A stretch of DNA of 64,000 nucleotides, taken from Macrostomum lignano. Its lineage: Eukaryota. How positions within the stretch are numbered: the stretch's first letter is position 1; each line of letters opens with the position of its first letter. A program made the position numbers and the translations under genes. The notes under the pieces are model-generated. The model was not told where the DNA came from, did no database searches, and was given only the letters and a program-made list of their open reading frames with translations. The stretch lies in assembly GCA_002269645.1 (NCBI GenBank), contig NIVC01000452.1:363522-427521 (forward strand), in the 5' to 3' direction. Shown piece by piece: positions 33,434-47,925 of this stretch.

Positions 33434-36400
33434 GGCGATTGACGCCAAAGCTCTGAAAGTTCCCATACTGATTTTATCTGTTGCAAATAGCTGAATTTAA
33501 CTTTAACCATACCTTTTTACTTCCTATTTGGTTCTTACTGCGTCCCAATTTGTTGCGTTACAATGAGTCCAGCAGAAGTAATAATCACTAAAGACTAAAA
33601 CGGAAATCACCAGGCAATTTGGTTTTTTCGCTATCAATTTGATTTATTTCACGAACATCAAACTCTAAGCCACCAGTCACACATGCATTCACTGTCCTCT
33701 GTCCGCCAGAATGATTTTCTAAGAAATCGATTTCTGCTGTTTATGGCTTTCTATAACATGAGCTATTAGTTGTTATATTTGTTTTGTCTTTGTAAAATCT
33801 CTACCACGCTTCCACGTCACTGTTGATGACCACGCACCAATTTAAATAAAGAAATAACCAAATTTGGCCGCAAAAAGGTGTATATTTTCACAAGCTTCCA
33901 CTATAATCGACTCTTTCGTGATTCAGTTTGATTCTGTTTCCGGAGGTCGCGTACTTCCTGTTAGATCATTTTCTGGTAGCTCTAGAATTTTAGTCTGTTA
34001 TCTGACACTTGGCCTTTGGTGGCAGTTCATTCACCTCGGCGGTCTGGTCCCGACATTTGCGAATATTTGCGGCGTCATTGCAAATCAAAACGGTGTTGCT
34101 ATTGTTTTTCTGAAATAATTGATACATGTACATTGAGCTAGACGATTCAGTATTTCAGTTCAGTAGAGGGATGCTGAACGAAACCCGTCAGAGAAACCTT
34201 CATACTTTTATTGCAATTTCATCTGACTAAACTGGTTCTGCTGTGACGCACGACACTTCTCATTCTTTTGCAGACTCGTCATTACTGCACTGAGTAGCTG
34301 TGCTCAGCTGACTCTAATCCTAGTTAATTGTTACCTGCATGCTGAAACTGAAGCACGAAGAAACCCTCGCATGATTGATCAAAGTGCGAGCCTGCATAGA
34401 TAGTGATTAATACGCTCGTAGTAGCTTATATAAAACTAATGCGCGCCTGTAGTTCCACACTGCAGCTAATGATGAAGCTTTAAGATTCGTTCACATCGCC
34501 ATCGTGTGATCACACGACTTTTACATCAAATTTCATTCCTTTGATTTGATGGCAGTGTGAATCGGCCTTTATACGAGTAACTAATCCCACAAGTTCTCCA
34601 CCCCAACCTTTTGCAGCCTTTTTGCTTTTTTCTTTTCATCTTCCTCATCAGTCAGTTTGTATTCTCTGCTGCGTTAGCTTAGCACGAAGAATTGAATTAA
34701 TGATGCAAGATCGCTACTTTCTGGAACGGGGTTCTCTTTAACTCCCTCTCTCTTTATCCCTGCTGCGGACTAACAATTATGAGCTATTAATGGACTGGGT
34801 GGCTGCCGAAGTCTTCGGCCTAGAATTTCAAGTCACTACACCCCGAGCTGTCTTTTTGCTTGATAATTAGGCCAGCATGCAGACCTTGCCCACATGGCAA
34901 AGATTCAAGAGACAAGAGAATAACCGAGCATTTTGAGTTTTGCCTCTCAAGAACGCGACTAGCATGCAGCTATATGAGGCGATATCTGCAAATACATTCT
35001 GGTCACGCACCTTGTCTCATTCGATCAGTTTAATTTGACCTGACGACGTGTGAAACATCCTCAAAATCAGTGTTTTCGTCACGCCTGTGCAAGACTCGGG
35101 GAGGCTATAGGACGTATCATTTTGAAGAGGTGTTGGCTAAGCATGTAGCACACGCGGGACTGATTGCTACGGTTGCTAGCCGTTTCGGTCTATACGGTCG
35201 TATACTTTATTAATAGTCCAAGCTTGTAAAATGCTGCATAGATAACGTGATGTAACTGCTAGCTTAACATGTTATATTACGAATAATAATCTAATATACT
35301 TAGATAATATTTTTGTGTGTACACTACTACAATTAGGCCCGTAAAAGCCTGGGGTCGCGGCAGTCTTCTTTTTACTTTGTTTGATCTTTGTAAAGATGAC
35401 TGGCCCACTTATGTTTGCCTAGCTTCTATTTTAGGAAACTTAAATCAAGTTGCGCAACTGCATGATATTTTTGTTTAGATCAATACCTGTTTTTCAACAC
35501 TCATCTCACCACTCACTATAAACCGTTATATAGCATGTAATGGAGGCCACAGCTTCTTTTATACGCGGATTTTGCAAGACTTCAACACAAAAGCTCACAG
35601 CTCTTCGCGTGTTGGTCCAAAGTACCTCTAATAAAAAATTGACATCTATGCTCAAATATGGAAAATTTTACCAACTCAAGGCTTTATTTGACGCAGTTTT
35701 TCTAAAGCTAAATATAATGTAGCAAATTTTCGAGTACACGAGTCTACATATAAATGAGATGTTAGAAAGAACATTTTTCATGCTGAAATGATGCTGGAAT
35801 GTAAACTTTCATGGAGGCTCATTTGAGGCAAAAATTGTATGGAATTAAAGGTGCAAAAGTTTTGAAAAGTTTAAAATTTACAACCCCTATTTTTGAATTC
35901 CCAGGAAAAAATCTGGCGTAAATCATGCGTTCTGTGTGCATTTTTTATTTTAGAGGGATGCGCAGATTATTGGGGTTTTGAAAGGATTCAGCACGACAAG
36001 GTTTTGATGCTATAGTAGTTAAACTCTGCAGAAATGCTAAGACTACCCCTTTTCCTATTATTTTAACTCTCCTTTCATTCCATCCAGCTTCTACAGATAG
36101 TGTGCGGTAGCAGTTGCTGCCAGCATCCTCAAGTGAAGCAGAGTTGGCCGCGGGTAGCTCCATTTCTCCCTGCTGTGATGGGGCAGCAGTTCTGAGCTTT
36201 GCAGTTCTCCCTGCTGTGATGGAGAAGCAGCTCTCAGCTGCTACTACTGTCTTTCTGAGCAGCTGTTTCAACACATTACCTGTAAACATTTTATAATGCC
36301 AAAGGTGCCATCTGCCTGTAGATTACAGGCTGATGAATGAGAAATCCATTAGAACAAATTTAGTGTATTGTCAAGAAGTTAATAGTCATTCCAGCTAATC

Positions 36401-37340
36401 ATACTGCTCCGTCTCAAGCAGTCTTAAACTACTGTCAATCATTGATCAGCCTTGATCCAGTGCGTTAATTCAGCCAAACAAATTGGTCTAGTAGGCCTTT
36501 CAATCATGATTTTCAATGATCATGGAAAGATCTTCATTGTGCAGCGCATGGTATGTGAGGCTAGGCCATTGTGCTGCTTCCGTTACCACGTGTCCTACAC
36601 ACAGATGCAGCTTCCTACGAAGTATATTGCCTAGCTCACAATGCTTAATTGTAATTAAAATTAATTCAATTATTAATTAGACACTAAGAATTCTTCTGTA
36701 AGTCAATAAAACTGTCAGAATGAAAATTGTTTTGCGAATTTAAAGTAACCAAGATTATAAATTAATCCATTGCAAATTTGTCAAACCAAGACTGGCTATA
36801 CAGTCCTTGGATATTCTTATTCCTTCGGGGAGATCAAATTGTTCGAGAGATCGGAACGACAGCATGCCGGTCACAGCACTGAAAGACAGAAAGTACAAAT
36901 TTATTTCAGTTAGTAAGGATTGAAAATCGATCATATGGCCTATAAGAATCCTTGCCAGACTTTTGTAGGGCTATCGTTTCTTCACGCTGGTCTGGTCAAA
37001 GGGATGAGATTTTTTATGCCATATTAGAAGACTTGCATATCCGTATTCTCAAGAGCTTCCACCAGTTCCTTTATTGATTTCGAATACTTGAAGCCTGCAG
37101 TCTTCAATCCTGCAGGCCTGCGATGCAGTATATTTTATTAAATATTATGGAGAAACTGCTGTACGAGTATGACTCTTACCGTCAAGGCTATAAATTAAGC
37201 CTATTTGATGGATGAGGGGGTGCCGCACAATTTATCAGCTCTTTAAGCATTCAATTCCGAAAGCAAGTGAGCATTATCCTGAGCATTTATCTCAGTTCAG
37301 TGATGCTGCATTCTGTGCACTATGCAGGAGCCACTGCCAC

Positions 37341-39409
37341 TAGAATCAGCAGGTGTCAGATAGAATCAGCAGATGTCAGATAGAATCAGCAGGTGTCAGA
37401 TAGAATCAGCAGGTGTCAGATAGAATCAGCAGGTGTCAGATAGAATCAGCAGGTGTCAGATAGAATCAGCAGGTGTCAGATAGAATCAGCAGATGTCAGA
37501 TAGAATCAGCAGGTGTCAGATAGAATCAGCAGGTGTCAGATAGAATCAGCAGGTGTCAGATAGAATCAGCAGGTGTCAGATAGAATCAGCAGATGTCAGA
37601 TAGAATCAGCAGGTGTCAGATAGAATCAGCAGATGTCAGATAGAATCAGCAGGTGTCAGATAGAATCAGCAGATGTCAGATAGAATCAGCAGGTGTCAGA
37701 TAGAATCAGCAGATGTCAGATAGAATCAGCAGGTGTCAGATAGAATCAGCAGATGTCAGATAGAATCAGCAGATGTCAGATAGAATCAGCAGGTGTCGGA
37801 TAGAATCAGCAGATGTCAGATAGAATCAGCAGGTGTCGGATAGAATCAGCAGGTGTCGGATAGAATCAGCAGGTGTCAGATAGAATCAGCAGGTGTCAGA
37901 TAGAATCAGCAGATGTCAGATAGAATCAGCAGATGTCAGATAGAATCAGCAGGTGTCGGATAGAATCAGCAGATGTCAGATAGAATCAGCAGGTGTTGGA
38001 TAGAATCAGCAGATGTCAGATAGAATCAGCAGGTGTCGGATAGAATCAGCAGATGTCAGATAGAATCAGCAGGTGTCGGATAGAATCAGCAGGTGTCGGA
38101 TAGAATCAGCAGGTGTCGGATAGAATCAGCAGGTGTCAGATAGAATCAGCAGGTGTCGGATAGAATTAGCAGGTGTCGGATTGAATCAGCAGGTGTCAGA
38201 TAGAATCAGCAGGTGTCAGATAGAATCAGCAGGTGTCAGATAGAATCAGCAGGTGTCGGATAGAATCAGCAGGTGTCAGATAGAATCAGCAGGTGTCAGA
38301 TAGAATCAGCAGATGTCAGATAGAATCAGCAGATGTCAGATAGAATCAGCAGGTGTCGGATAGAATCAGCAGGTGTCGGATAGAATCAGCAGGTGTCAGA
38401 TAGAATCAGCAGGTGTCGGATAGAATCAGCAGGTGTCGGATAGAATCAGCAGGTGTCAGATAGAATCAGCAGGTGTCAGATAGAATCAGCAGATGTCAGA
38501 TAGAATCAGCAGATGTCAGATAGAATCAGCAGGTGTCGGATAGAATCAGCAGGTGTCGGATAGAATCAGCAGGTGTCGGATAGAATCAGCAGGTGTCAGA
38601 TAGAATCAGCAGGTGTCGGATAGAATTAGCAGGTGTCGGATTGAATCAGCAGGTGTCAGATAGAATCAGCAGGTGTCAGATAGAATCAGCAGGTGTCAGA
38701 TAGAATCAGCAGATGTCAGATAGAATCAGCAGGTGTCGGATAGAATCAGCAGGTGTCGGATAGAATCAGCAGATGTCAGATAGAATCAGCAGGTGTCGGA
38801 TAGAATCAGCAGGTGTCGGATAGAATCAGCAGGTGTCAGATAGAATCAGCAGGTGTCAGATAGAATCAGCAGATGTCAGATAGAATCAGCAGATGTCAGA
38901 TAGAATCAGCAGGTGTCGGATAGAATCAGCAGATGTCAGATAGAATCAGCAGGTGTTGGATAGAATCAGCAGGTGTCAGATAGAATCAGCAGGTGTCGGA
39001 TAGAATCAGCAGATGTCAGATAGAATCAGCAGGTGTCGGATAGAATCAGCAGGTGTCGGATAGAATCAGCAGGTGTCGGATAGAATCAGCAGGTGTCAGA
39101 TAGAATCAGCAGGTGTCGGATAGAATTAGCAGGTGTCGGATTGAATCAGCAGGTGTCAGATAGAATCAGCAGGTGTCAGATAGAATCAGCAGGTGTCAGA
39201 TAGAATCAGCAGGTGTCGGATAGAATCAGCAGGTGTCAGATAGAATCAGCAGGTGTCAGATAGAATCTGCAGGTGTCAGATAGAATCAGCAGGTGTCAGA
39301 TAGAATCAGCAGGTGTCAGATAGAATCAGCAGGTGTCGGATAGAATCAGCAGGTGTCAGATAGAATCAGCAGGTGTCAGATAGAATCAGCAGGTGTCGGA
39401 TAGAATCAG
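37341..39409 (+). repeat. minisatellite, 20-bp unit TAGAATCAGCAGRTGTCRGA
   Basis: about 103 perfectly phased copies. Confidence 0.98.
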
Positions 39410-39748
39410 AAAGAGGAAAAGTGCCGTTTGTGCGAGAAAGAAGCATCTGGATTCAGCGATGGAGCCTAGATGAGCTTTCTGCTTTAATAACTGTGCTCAT
39501 AAAAGTAGCCCTCCAAATGACATGCTTCACCAGAAAATGATAAGCCAGAGTGAAGTCAGGCAATCTGAGTTCGTGTTTTCCGTTGATTGGCCTGAGCCTA
39601 TCGTCGAATCTCGATGGGGATTGGGGGAGGAGGATTCGAACTCGGCAGCTTTATTGAGTAGCTGAACCCCAGATCCTCCTCAGACTCGACCATACTCCAG
39701 AGAACTGCTCCAGAAACATTTATATCTATCTCGAAATTTGCAATAAAA

Positions 39749-39953
39749 ATGGTTTGCAAAGCAATCTTCTGCCTGGCCTTTGCTGCCCTTTGCATTGCCG
39801 TCGTGGCCCCGGCTGCCGTCGACGCCGCCGCTGCAGGCGACACCGGCGACTTCCAACTGGGCGGCCTGGACCGCCGATCTTACGACGATCAGGAGATTCA
39901 GGCCCTGTTTGAGCAGTTCTCCAACGCTGAGCGGCTGCGCAAGAGGAAGGCCA
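39749..39953 (+). CDS. probable neuropeptide precursor, exon 1
   Basis: signal peptide MVCKAIFCLAFAALCIAVVAPAAVDA, acidic spacer, dibasic RR and RKRK sites, strong donor A|GTGAGT. Confidence 0.65.
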
Positions 39954-40083
39954 GTGAGTTTGGTCTAGCGATTGTTCATGCTGAGGGTAACAGATGAAGA
40001 TACAGGCATTTCTATAGCGGCATTTCCAGCCACCTTTCAGCGGCCTTTCCGGCGAGTTTCAGCGGCCTTTTTAGCGCCCTGTT

Positions 40084-40882
40084 AAGGGGCGTCGCCATCG
40101 ATTTTATGGTGGGGGGACAAAGCTAAGAATGCAACACGTACATGACCAAATTCCTAAATTTTCATTATTTTGAGAACCGTGTTGTCAGCGCTCATTTTGG
40201 CACCGCACATTTTGGCGCCGCAGGCACTCATCTTAGAGCCGCAGGCACTCATTTTAGCGCCGCAGGCACTCATTTTGGCGCCGCAGGCACTCATTTTAGA
40301 GCCGCAGGCACTCAATTTGGCGCCGCAGGCATTCCTTTTTGGCGCCGCAGGCACTCATTTTAGCGCCGCAGGCACTCATTTTAGAACCGCAGGCACTAGC
40401 TCATTTTGGCGCCGCAGGCATTCCTTTTTGGCGCCGCAGGCACTCATTTTAGAACCACAGGCACTCATTTTGGCGCTGCAGGCATTTTTTTTTGGCGCAG
40501 CAGGCACTCATTTTGGCGCTGCAGGCACTCAGTTTGGCGCCGAAGGCACTCATTTTAGAGCCGCAGGCACTCATTTTAGAGCCGCAGGCACTCATTTTTG
40601 AGCCGCAGGCACTCATTTTTGAGCCGCAGGCACTCATTTTAGAGCCGCAGGCACTCATTTTAGAGCCGCAGGCACTCATTTTAGAGCCGCAGGCACTCAT
40701 TTTAGAGCCGCAGGCACTCATTTTAGAGCCGCAGGCACTCATTTTGCGCCGAAAGCGCTATATTTTGGCGCCCTGAAGAAACATTATTGTCATAAGAAGT
40801 CATAAGGTGGGGTGGGGGGACAAAGCACTGGCATGTCCCCCATAGCCCACATGTCCCCTGTCCCCCGGTGGCGACGCGCCTG
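40084..40882. mobile_element. hAT-type MITE with an internal 21-bp minisatellite (GCCGCAGGCACTCATTTTAGA)
   Basis: 14-bp TIRs AAGGGGCGTCGCCA / TGGCGACGCGCCTG (12/14); exact 8-bp TSD GCCCTGTT at 40076-40083 and 40883-40890. Confidence 0.9.
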
Positions 40883-41385
40883 GCCCTGTTGTAAAGCAAC
40901 CAAAATGCTAAACTGGGTGGTCCAAACTCGAATCCCTGAGCTTCACTTTAAGATAAAAAGCATGGCCCAAGTTGGGAAAATATTTATAGTGAAGAATGAG
41001 TCTGGCGAGACTCAATCTGGTCAGTGGAAAACTCAAACCGGACATTCCGCTGCCAGCTGCCAGACCTGCTCGACTCTTCTCGCTCTCTCGTGCATTCATC
41101 AGTGATTGATATCGTTCTTGAGATGCCAGCGCGGGAGGAACTGGCTGCACTTGGATGGGGAGAGTGGAAATTCGACTGAAAAATTCACGTCTCGGATCTC
41201 TTCGACTGCCATCTGCTGCGGCAGGAACGGCCGCGGGGGAGCCGAGGCGAATCTCGGTGATCGAAGCCCGGACACCCCCCCCCCCAGCCCCTACTCATCG
41301 CATTCTGGACGGCTCAGTGGGCACTCAAAATTCTTTGCGCTAATCGCCTGAGCTGCTTTGAATTTTAATCCCAGGATCAGCGGAA

Positions 41386-41785
<400 letters not shown>

Positions 41786-42154
41786 CTAAAACAGCAGTTA
41801 AATTTGGCTCCAATTCATTCGTTTGAATGAATAAGCGAAACCTCCCATGAGTGAAATCGATTGCGGTTGGACATCCCCAGGGGCTCCGGTTTCGGAGACA
41901 GTCGATGCTATGCGACCAGCCTTGTAACTGTAATTTCATTATTTGCATCCATCTGCCACCACCTCCTGTCCACCGACATGGCTGCCAGCAGGAGCTGGGA
42001 GGGTGTAAATTGCATTAACAGCTTCATCAAGGCTCTGTAATATGTGCAGCAGCAGCCGGATGTACTGAGCAATAGGCGCCTCCAAGGTGTTATTAGCGCT
42101 CGAAACAATATTGGTTGCTATGATCCACGCTTTGCTTTTATCCCCGTCCGCCAG

Positions 42155-42186
42155 GATTCGGCAGTCGGGTGTTCACGCTCGGCTGA
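42155..42186 (+). CDS. candidate exon 2 of the neuropeptide precursor (R-F-G-S-R-V-F-T-L-G-stop)
   Basis: polypyrimidine tract GCTTTGCTTTTATCCCCGTCCGCCAG|GA TTC GGC; phase 1 matches exon 1 and gives KRKARFG; the opposite strand also looks coding-like here. Confidence 0.4.
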
Positions 42187-42593
42187 CGAGGCCGGAGAAG
42201 AGGATCAGCGGCGCAGCGAACCCGACTGAGTCTGTTCTCCTCTGCGTCTGTAACTACATTATCCCCAAAGCGGAACAAGTGGGAGAGTGCAAGACCGTAC
42301 AACTTCTCTCTCTGTGTGTCTGAAAAGATGGAAAAATCATATTCTTTTCTTTTGATAAATACTGACCACAATTCTGTCGGGATAATAAATTAAAATATCT
42401 TAGCAAGTCTTGCGCTGAACTTGCGCTTTTTGGTATCAGTCTTATTTATTTTTTTAAAGCATTTCCTGCTGAAGTTGATCGAGCTATGTGAAAATTGAAG
42501 CATGAACTTATAGCAAAAACATTGTCCCCAGTAAACTATGCAAGCAAGCAGGCTTCAGAAATGACTAAAATATTGATATCTCTTGCTACAAAC

Positions 42594-42594
<1 letters not shown>

Positions 42595-42634
<40 letters not shown>

Positions 42635-42679
42635 GACTAACTAACTAACTAACTAAATAACTAACTAACTAACTAACTG

Positions 42680-42748
<69 letters not shown>

Positions 42749-42829
42749 GTAAGTAACTAACTAACTGATTAACTAACTAACTAATTAACTAAGTAGCTAG
42801 CTAGCTAACTAACTAACTAACTAATAAAT

Positions 42830-42872
<43 letters not shown>

Positions 42873-42892
42873 TTAACTAACTAAGTAGCTAG

Positions 42893-42947
<55 letters not shown>

Positions 42948-42995
42948 GCTAACTAGCTAACTAACTAACTAAATACCAGGTAACTAACTAGCTAA
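42595..42995 (+). repeat. (AACT)n microsatellite
   Basis: about 95 units with AAGT/AGCT variants. Confidence 0.98.
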
Positions 42996-43789
42996 GAACT
43001 ACAAAAAAAAAAACAATCTAATTAACTAGTTTGCGATTACCTAACTTAGCATCAAGCTTCTGAAAAAGTTTGTGAATAAAAAATCGATACAAAATTGAAC
43101 TGAGAGTTACTGAAATAGCTCGTATTGAAGCTGGGAGGTGCTGAAAAAAACAACGAACAATATGAAGGCTATTTCTCTTTTCCTTACAGGCCTCAATATT
43201 TTCGCCTTATCTGGACAATCTGTGAATGGCTAAATTCATGATTTAGAACGCTATTAAATGATCAACTCCCCAGCGAAATCGCGGCGCTCTGGGATCTCAT
43301 ATTTGCGGCTAAGACAGCGTCACTCACTGCTGAGAGCACTCTGAGCACTCTCACTCAAGGAGACAATTTAACAAAGTGGGTGGTCCCGTGTGGAAAAAAA
43401 CAACTGGCCACGATCCTTCCAATGTTTGCCTTCCAAAAAGCCGAGTGCTCGATGCACCCGCCAGCCAGCCATGTGTAATAGGAGAAAGCTGTTTGAGAAG
43501 GGTTGTTTGGGGCAAAAAAGATCGCATGCAAAATTGATGCACTCCAAGCAGTCCTTGGGGCATGGCTGAGTAAACACTAAAAATTCACCAATCTGTGGCT
43601 CCAACAGCACTGCATGATTTATCATTTCGGCTTGTGTTTTCTGACGAACTGTAGCTTGAACTCTTGCTGGCAATCTTTAATATGCCAGATTCGATGGGAA
43701 GATTGACAGATTCTTAGAAAATGAGCAACATTCTAAGAAATTGAGCACGATTCTCATATAAAGTTAGATTTAAATAAAATAAACCTATT

Positions 43790-44420
43790 TTTTAGAAAAA
43801 AGCTGGATTCTTAGAAAAGCCGTCGGATTCTTGGAAAAGGAGAAAGATGGATTGTCAGAAAAGCCGTCGGATTCTTGGAAAATTAGACAGCTGAATTCTT
43901 AGAAAAGCTGTCGGATTCTTGGAAAAGGAGAAAGATGGATTGTCAGAAAAGCCATCGGATTCTTGGAAAATTAGACAGCTGAATTCTTAGAAAAGCCGTC
44001 GGATTCTTGGAAAATTAGACAGCTGGATTCTTAGAAAAGACGTCGGATTCTTGGAGAAGGAGAAAGCTGGATTCTTAGAAAACTGTCGGATTCTTGGAAA
44101 GGAGAAAGCTAGATTCTTAGAAAAGACGTCGGATTCTTGGAGAAGGAGAAAGCTAGATTCTTAGAAAAGACGTCGGATTCTTGGAGAAGGAGAAAGCTGG
44201 ATTCTTAGAAAAGACGTCGGATTCTTGGAGAAGGAGAAATCTGGATTCTTAGTAAAGACGTCGGATTCTTGGAAAAGGAGAAATCTGGATTCTTAGAAAA
44301 GACGTCGGATTCTTGGAGAAGGAGAAGGCTGAATTCTTAGAAAAGACGTCGGATTCTTGGAAAAGAAGGCTGAATTCTCAGAAAAGCCGTCGGATTCTTG
44401 GAAAAGGAGAAGGCTGGATT
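43790..44420 (+). repeat. minisatellite, ~44-bp unit GGATTCTTAGAAAAGACGTCGGATTCTTGGAGAAGGAGAAAGCT
   Basis: about 14 imperfect copies. Confidence 0.92.
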
Positions 44421-44750
44421 CTCCAGCTCGGGACACTCGTCAGCAGTTTGTTAATTAAGAATGTCAAAAAGCAAGTATAAAAGTGCAGACAAGGAAAGGA
44501 CAGCCACCGCTTAAAATTGAAGCCTAGAAAAGCAGAAATCCTCTCTACACAGATCTTTCTTGTTTTCTCTTTAACACCATTATGTTTTCGTGTATAATAC
44601 TGCTGCACCAGGCCTGACCTAAAAAAACACTTTCTACACCTTCACCAGGCCCGCCTGTGGTGCTTTTTTTCAAACGAAGCGCAATAAGAAAGTTGCCGCT
44701 TGCTTGCTTGCTTTAGCCACCCTGCGCACCGACATGGGCACGGAGGGCCT

Positions 44751-45150
44751 TCAGTAGAATGGTTCTCAGATGATAATCCGCTTTCAGTAGAATGATTCTC
44801 AGATGATAATCCGCTTTCAGTAGAATGATTCTCGATCAGATGATAATCCGCTTCAGTAGAATGATTCTCAGATGATAATCCGCTTTCAGTAGAGTGATTC
44901 TCAGATGATGATCCGCTTCAGCAGAATGATTCTCAGATGATAATCTGCTTCAGCAAAATGATTCTCTGATCATAATCCGCTTCAGTAGAATGATTCTCAG
45001 ATGATAATCCGCTTTCAGTAGAATGATTCTCTGATGATAATCCGCTTCAGCAGAATGATTCTCTGATGACAATCCGCTTCAGCAGAATGATTCTCTGATG
45101 ACAATCCGCTTCAGCAGAATGACTGCCAGGGGATGATCCGCTTCAACAGA
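44751..45150 (+). repeat. minisatellite, 32-33-bp unit CAGTAGAATGATTCTCAGATGATAATCCGCTT(T)
   Basis: about 12 copies. Confidence 0.92.
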
Positions 45151-45959
45151 AACTTCCTCAGAGAATTAAATAAATAATTATAGAATAACCCATATTAATA
45201 AGACTGTTTTACAAGAAAGCTTCGATCCCTAATAAATAAGACAAACTTAAAGCAGAAATCAGTTAAACAAATATAATTTCCAGGAGAAAAAAAAATTACG
45301 AGTAAATAACACAAGAGTTGTGTAATGCAAGCCTTGGCGACAATGTTTATTAAACAAGCAACTTTACCTATACTCTACATAGCAGCCAAAAGGTCAACTT
45401 TGCAAACCAAAACGATTGGTATAAATAATAATTATAATAAACTAACTCCACCTACTATAAGTAAATAGCCTAATTCGACAAAGCAATCTATCTTAGCATA
45501 AAAAACTGGTTAATATAAGCTTTAAGAATTTACATCTAAATCTAGTAAAATTAAGAAAAATGATGACAATATCGCTGTCTGTAATCGTAGATTATTAATT
45601 TGTTTCTATGCAAAAATAAGTAATGGAAGCGCAATGAGACAATATTTCGCTATATTTGTGACGCATCATAAATTCATAGTGTTAGTAGTAACATTTAGGT
45701 ATGTAATTGGATTGTGTGCTTTTTGGCAATAGAAAAATTCCAAATTAATACGAGCGCATAACATACTACTTTAAGCCGGTCCCTGAAGTAGAAAAAAACG
45801 ATTTTTTGCCTTAAAAAGCATTAATGCCACAGTTAATACACTTTTTGACTACTACAAGTAGAATCGTTGAAATCTGAAAGGAAAATTTAGACTCAATTTA
45901 TAGTATAATATAAAAATCTCAGCAGGTGTTTGTGGCAAGTTACTATGCAAAGTTATTAA

Positions 45960-46187
45960 GTTAGACCTGGCTGATAATTAGAATTGATGCTTGATTCTTA
46001 TCTTATCTTAACTGCCATCCAAATTCTCGACTCTGACAGCAGCCATCAGCCTTTACTCGTGACAATAGAAACCAGAGATGTGAGATGTGACGTGAGATCT
46101 TCACCGAGATGCGGCAGGAAAACACGGCAGCTAAAATGGCTTTCTAATTGCCAATTTTCTCGTAAATCAGCTGCAGAAAAAGTCTAA
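45960..46187 (+). mobile_element. possible degenerate non-LTR retrotransposon APE-endonuclease C-terminal fragment
   Basis: LDLA..ILDSDSSHQPLLVTIE resembles the DL..SDHxP(V/L)xxxI motif; short and interrupted. Confidence 0.3.
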
Positions 46188-46436
46188 TGCTTCATATTTC
46201 ACTGGACTTCAGCTAGGCAATCCAGCTGCAAAATGAATAAAAAATGTGGCCAAAAAACCTACTTGCCTGATAGAGCTTAAGGCGCAAAATAATGGGGCTG
46301 CACAGTGCAAAGAGAACTACTATAACCGCAGACTTGAAACACACAGAAACAAGACAGAATTTCTTAGATAGAAAAAAGCAGCTGAGCTAAACTCTGGCTA
46401 GGATGCAGGACTGCTCAAGTGAGCTTTAAAGTTCAT

Positions 46437-46702
46437 TCAACCAGAGTTGGCTGCGGGGCCGAACACCTCCTGGTAGACGCCGGCCCCGTACTGGTTCAAC
46501 CGCTGCGGATCTGGTGCCGGATGGCCCACAGGGTTGAAGGCGGCGCTGAAATCTGGGAAGCCATCTGGCAGACCGGAGGTTGAACACGAGGCCGACAGTC
46601 GCTCTACGATGCTGTCAATCATTGCCTCGTTCTGCTTGTGCACACCGTCAACGCTTTGCAATGCGTCGAATACTGCTGACAGATCCATGATGCGGCTGAG
46701 CG
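46437..46702 (-). CDS. nuclear receptor exon 7 (LBD helices 10-12)
   Basis: CCCCGCAG|CG, phase 1; ALSRIMDLSAVFDALQSVDGVHKQ..GVYQEVFGPAANSG*. Confidence 0.85.
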
Positions 46703-46726
46703 CTGCGGGGATGGGAGTGTGAGTGC

Positions 46727-47071
46727 CTGTCTGTCTGTCTGTCTGATCTGCCTGCCTGTCTGTCTGATCTGCCTGCCTGTCTGTCTGATCTGCCTGTCTG
46801 TCTGTCTGATCTGCCTGTCTGGTTTGTCTGATCTGCCTGCCTGTCTGTCTGTCTGATCTGCCTGCCTGTCTGTCTGTCTGATCTGCCTGTCTGTCTGTCT
46901 GATCTGCCTGTCTGTCTGTCTGATCTGCCTGCCTGTCTGTCTGATCTGCCTGTCTGTCTGTCTGATCTGCCTGTCTAATCTGCCTGTCTGATCTGTCTGT
47001 CTGTCTGATCTGCTTGTCTGTCTGTCTGATCTGCCTGTCTGATCTGCCTGCGTCTGTCTGATCTGCCTGCC

Positions 47072-47168
<97 letters not shown>

Positions 47169-47880
47169 GATCTGCCTGTCTGTCTGTCTGATCTGCCTGT
47201 CTGTCTGTCTGATCTGCCTGCCTGTCTGTCTGTCTGATCTGCCTGCCTGTCTGTCTGTCTGATCTGCCTGCCTGTCTGTCTGTCTGATCTGCCTGCCTGT
47301 CTGTCTGTCTGATCTGCCTGTCTGTCTGTCTGATCTGCCTGCCTGTCTGTCTGTCTGATCTGCCTGTCTGTCTGTCTGATCTGCCTGTCTGTCTGTCTGA
47401 TCTGCCTGCCTGTCTGTCTGATCTGCCTGTCTGTCTGTCTGATCTGCCTGTCTGATCTGCCTGCCTGTCTGTCTGATCTGCCTGTCTGTCTGTCTGATCT
47501 GCCTGTCTGTCTGTCTGATCTGCCTGTCTAATCTGCCTGTCTGATCTGCCTGTCTGATCTGCCTGTCTGATCTGCCTGTCTGTCTGTCTGATCTGCCTGT
47601 CTGGTTTGTCTAATCTGCCTGTCTAATCTGCCTGTCTGATCTGCCTGTCTAATCTGCCTGTCTGATCTGCCTGCCTGTCTGTCTGTCTGATCTGCCTGTC
47701 TGTCTGTCTGATCTGCCTGTCTGTCTGTCTGATCTGCCTGCCTGTCTGTCTGATCTGCCTGTCTGTCTGTCTGATCTGCCTGTCTAATCTGCCTGTCTGA
47801 TCTGTCTGTCTGTCTGATCTGCTTGTCTGTCTGTCTGATCTGCCTGTCTGATCTGCCTGCGTCTGTCTGATCTGCCTGCC

Positions 47881-47925
<45 letters not shown>

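Noticed and set aside
36750-37150. possible LRR/F-box-like exons on the minus strand (LEQFDLPEGIRISKDCIASLGLTNLQW)
   Set aside because: An in-frame stop follows immediately and neighbouring exons could not be joined in phase.
37341-39409. regular repeat arrays as possible CRISPR
   Set aside because: Head-to-tail units without unique spacers, no cas genes, eukaryotic context; the same applies to all other arrays here.
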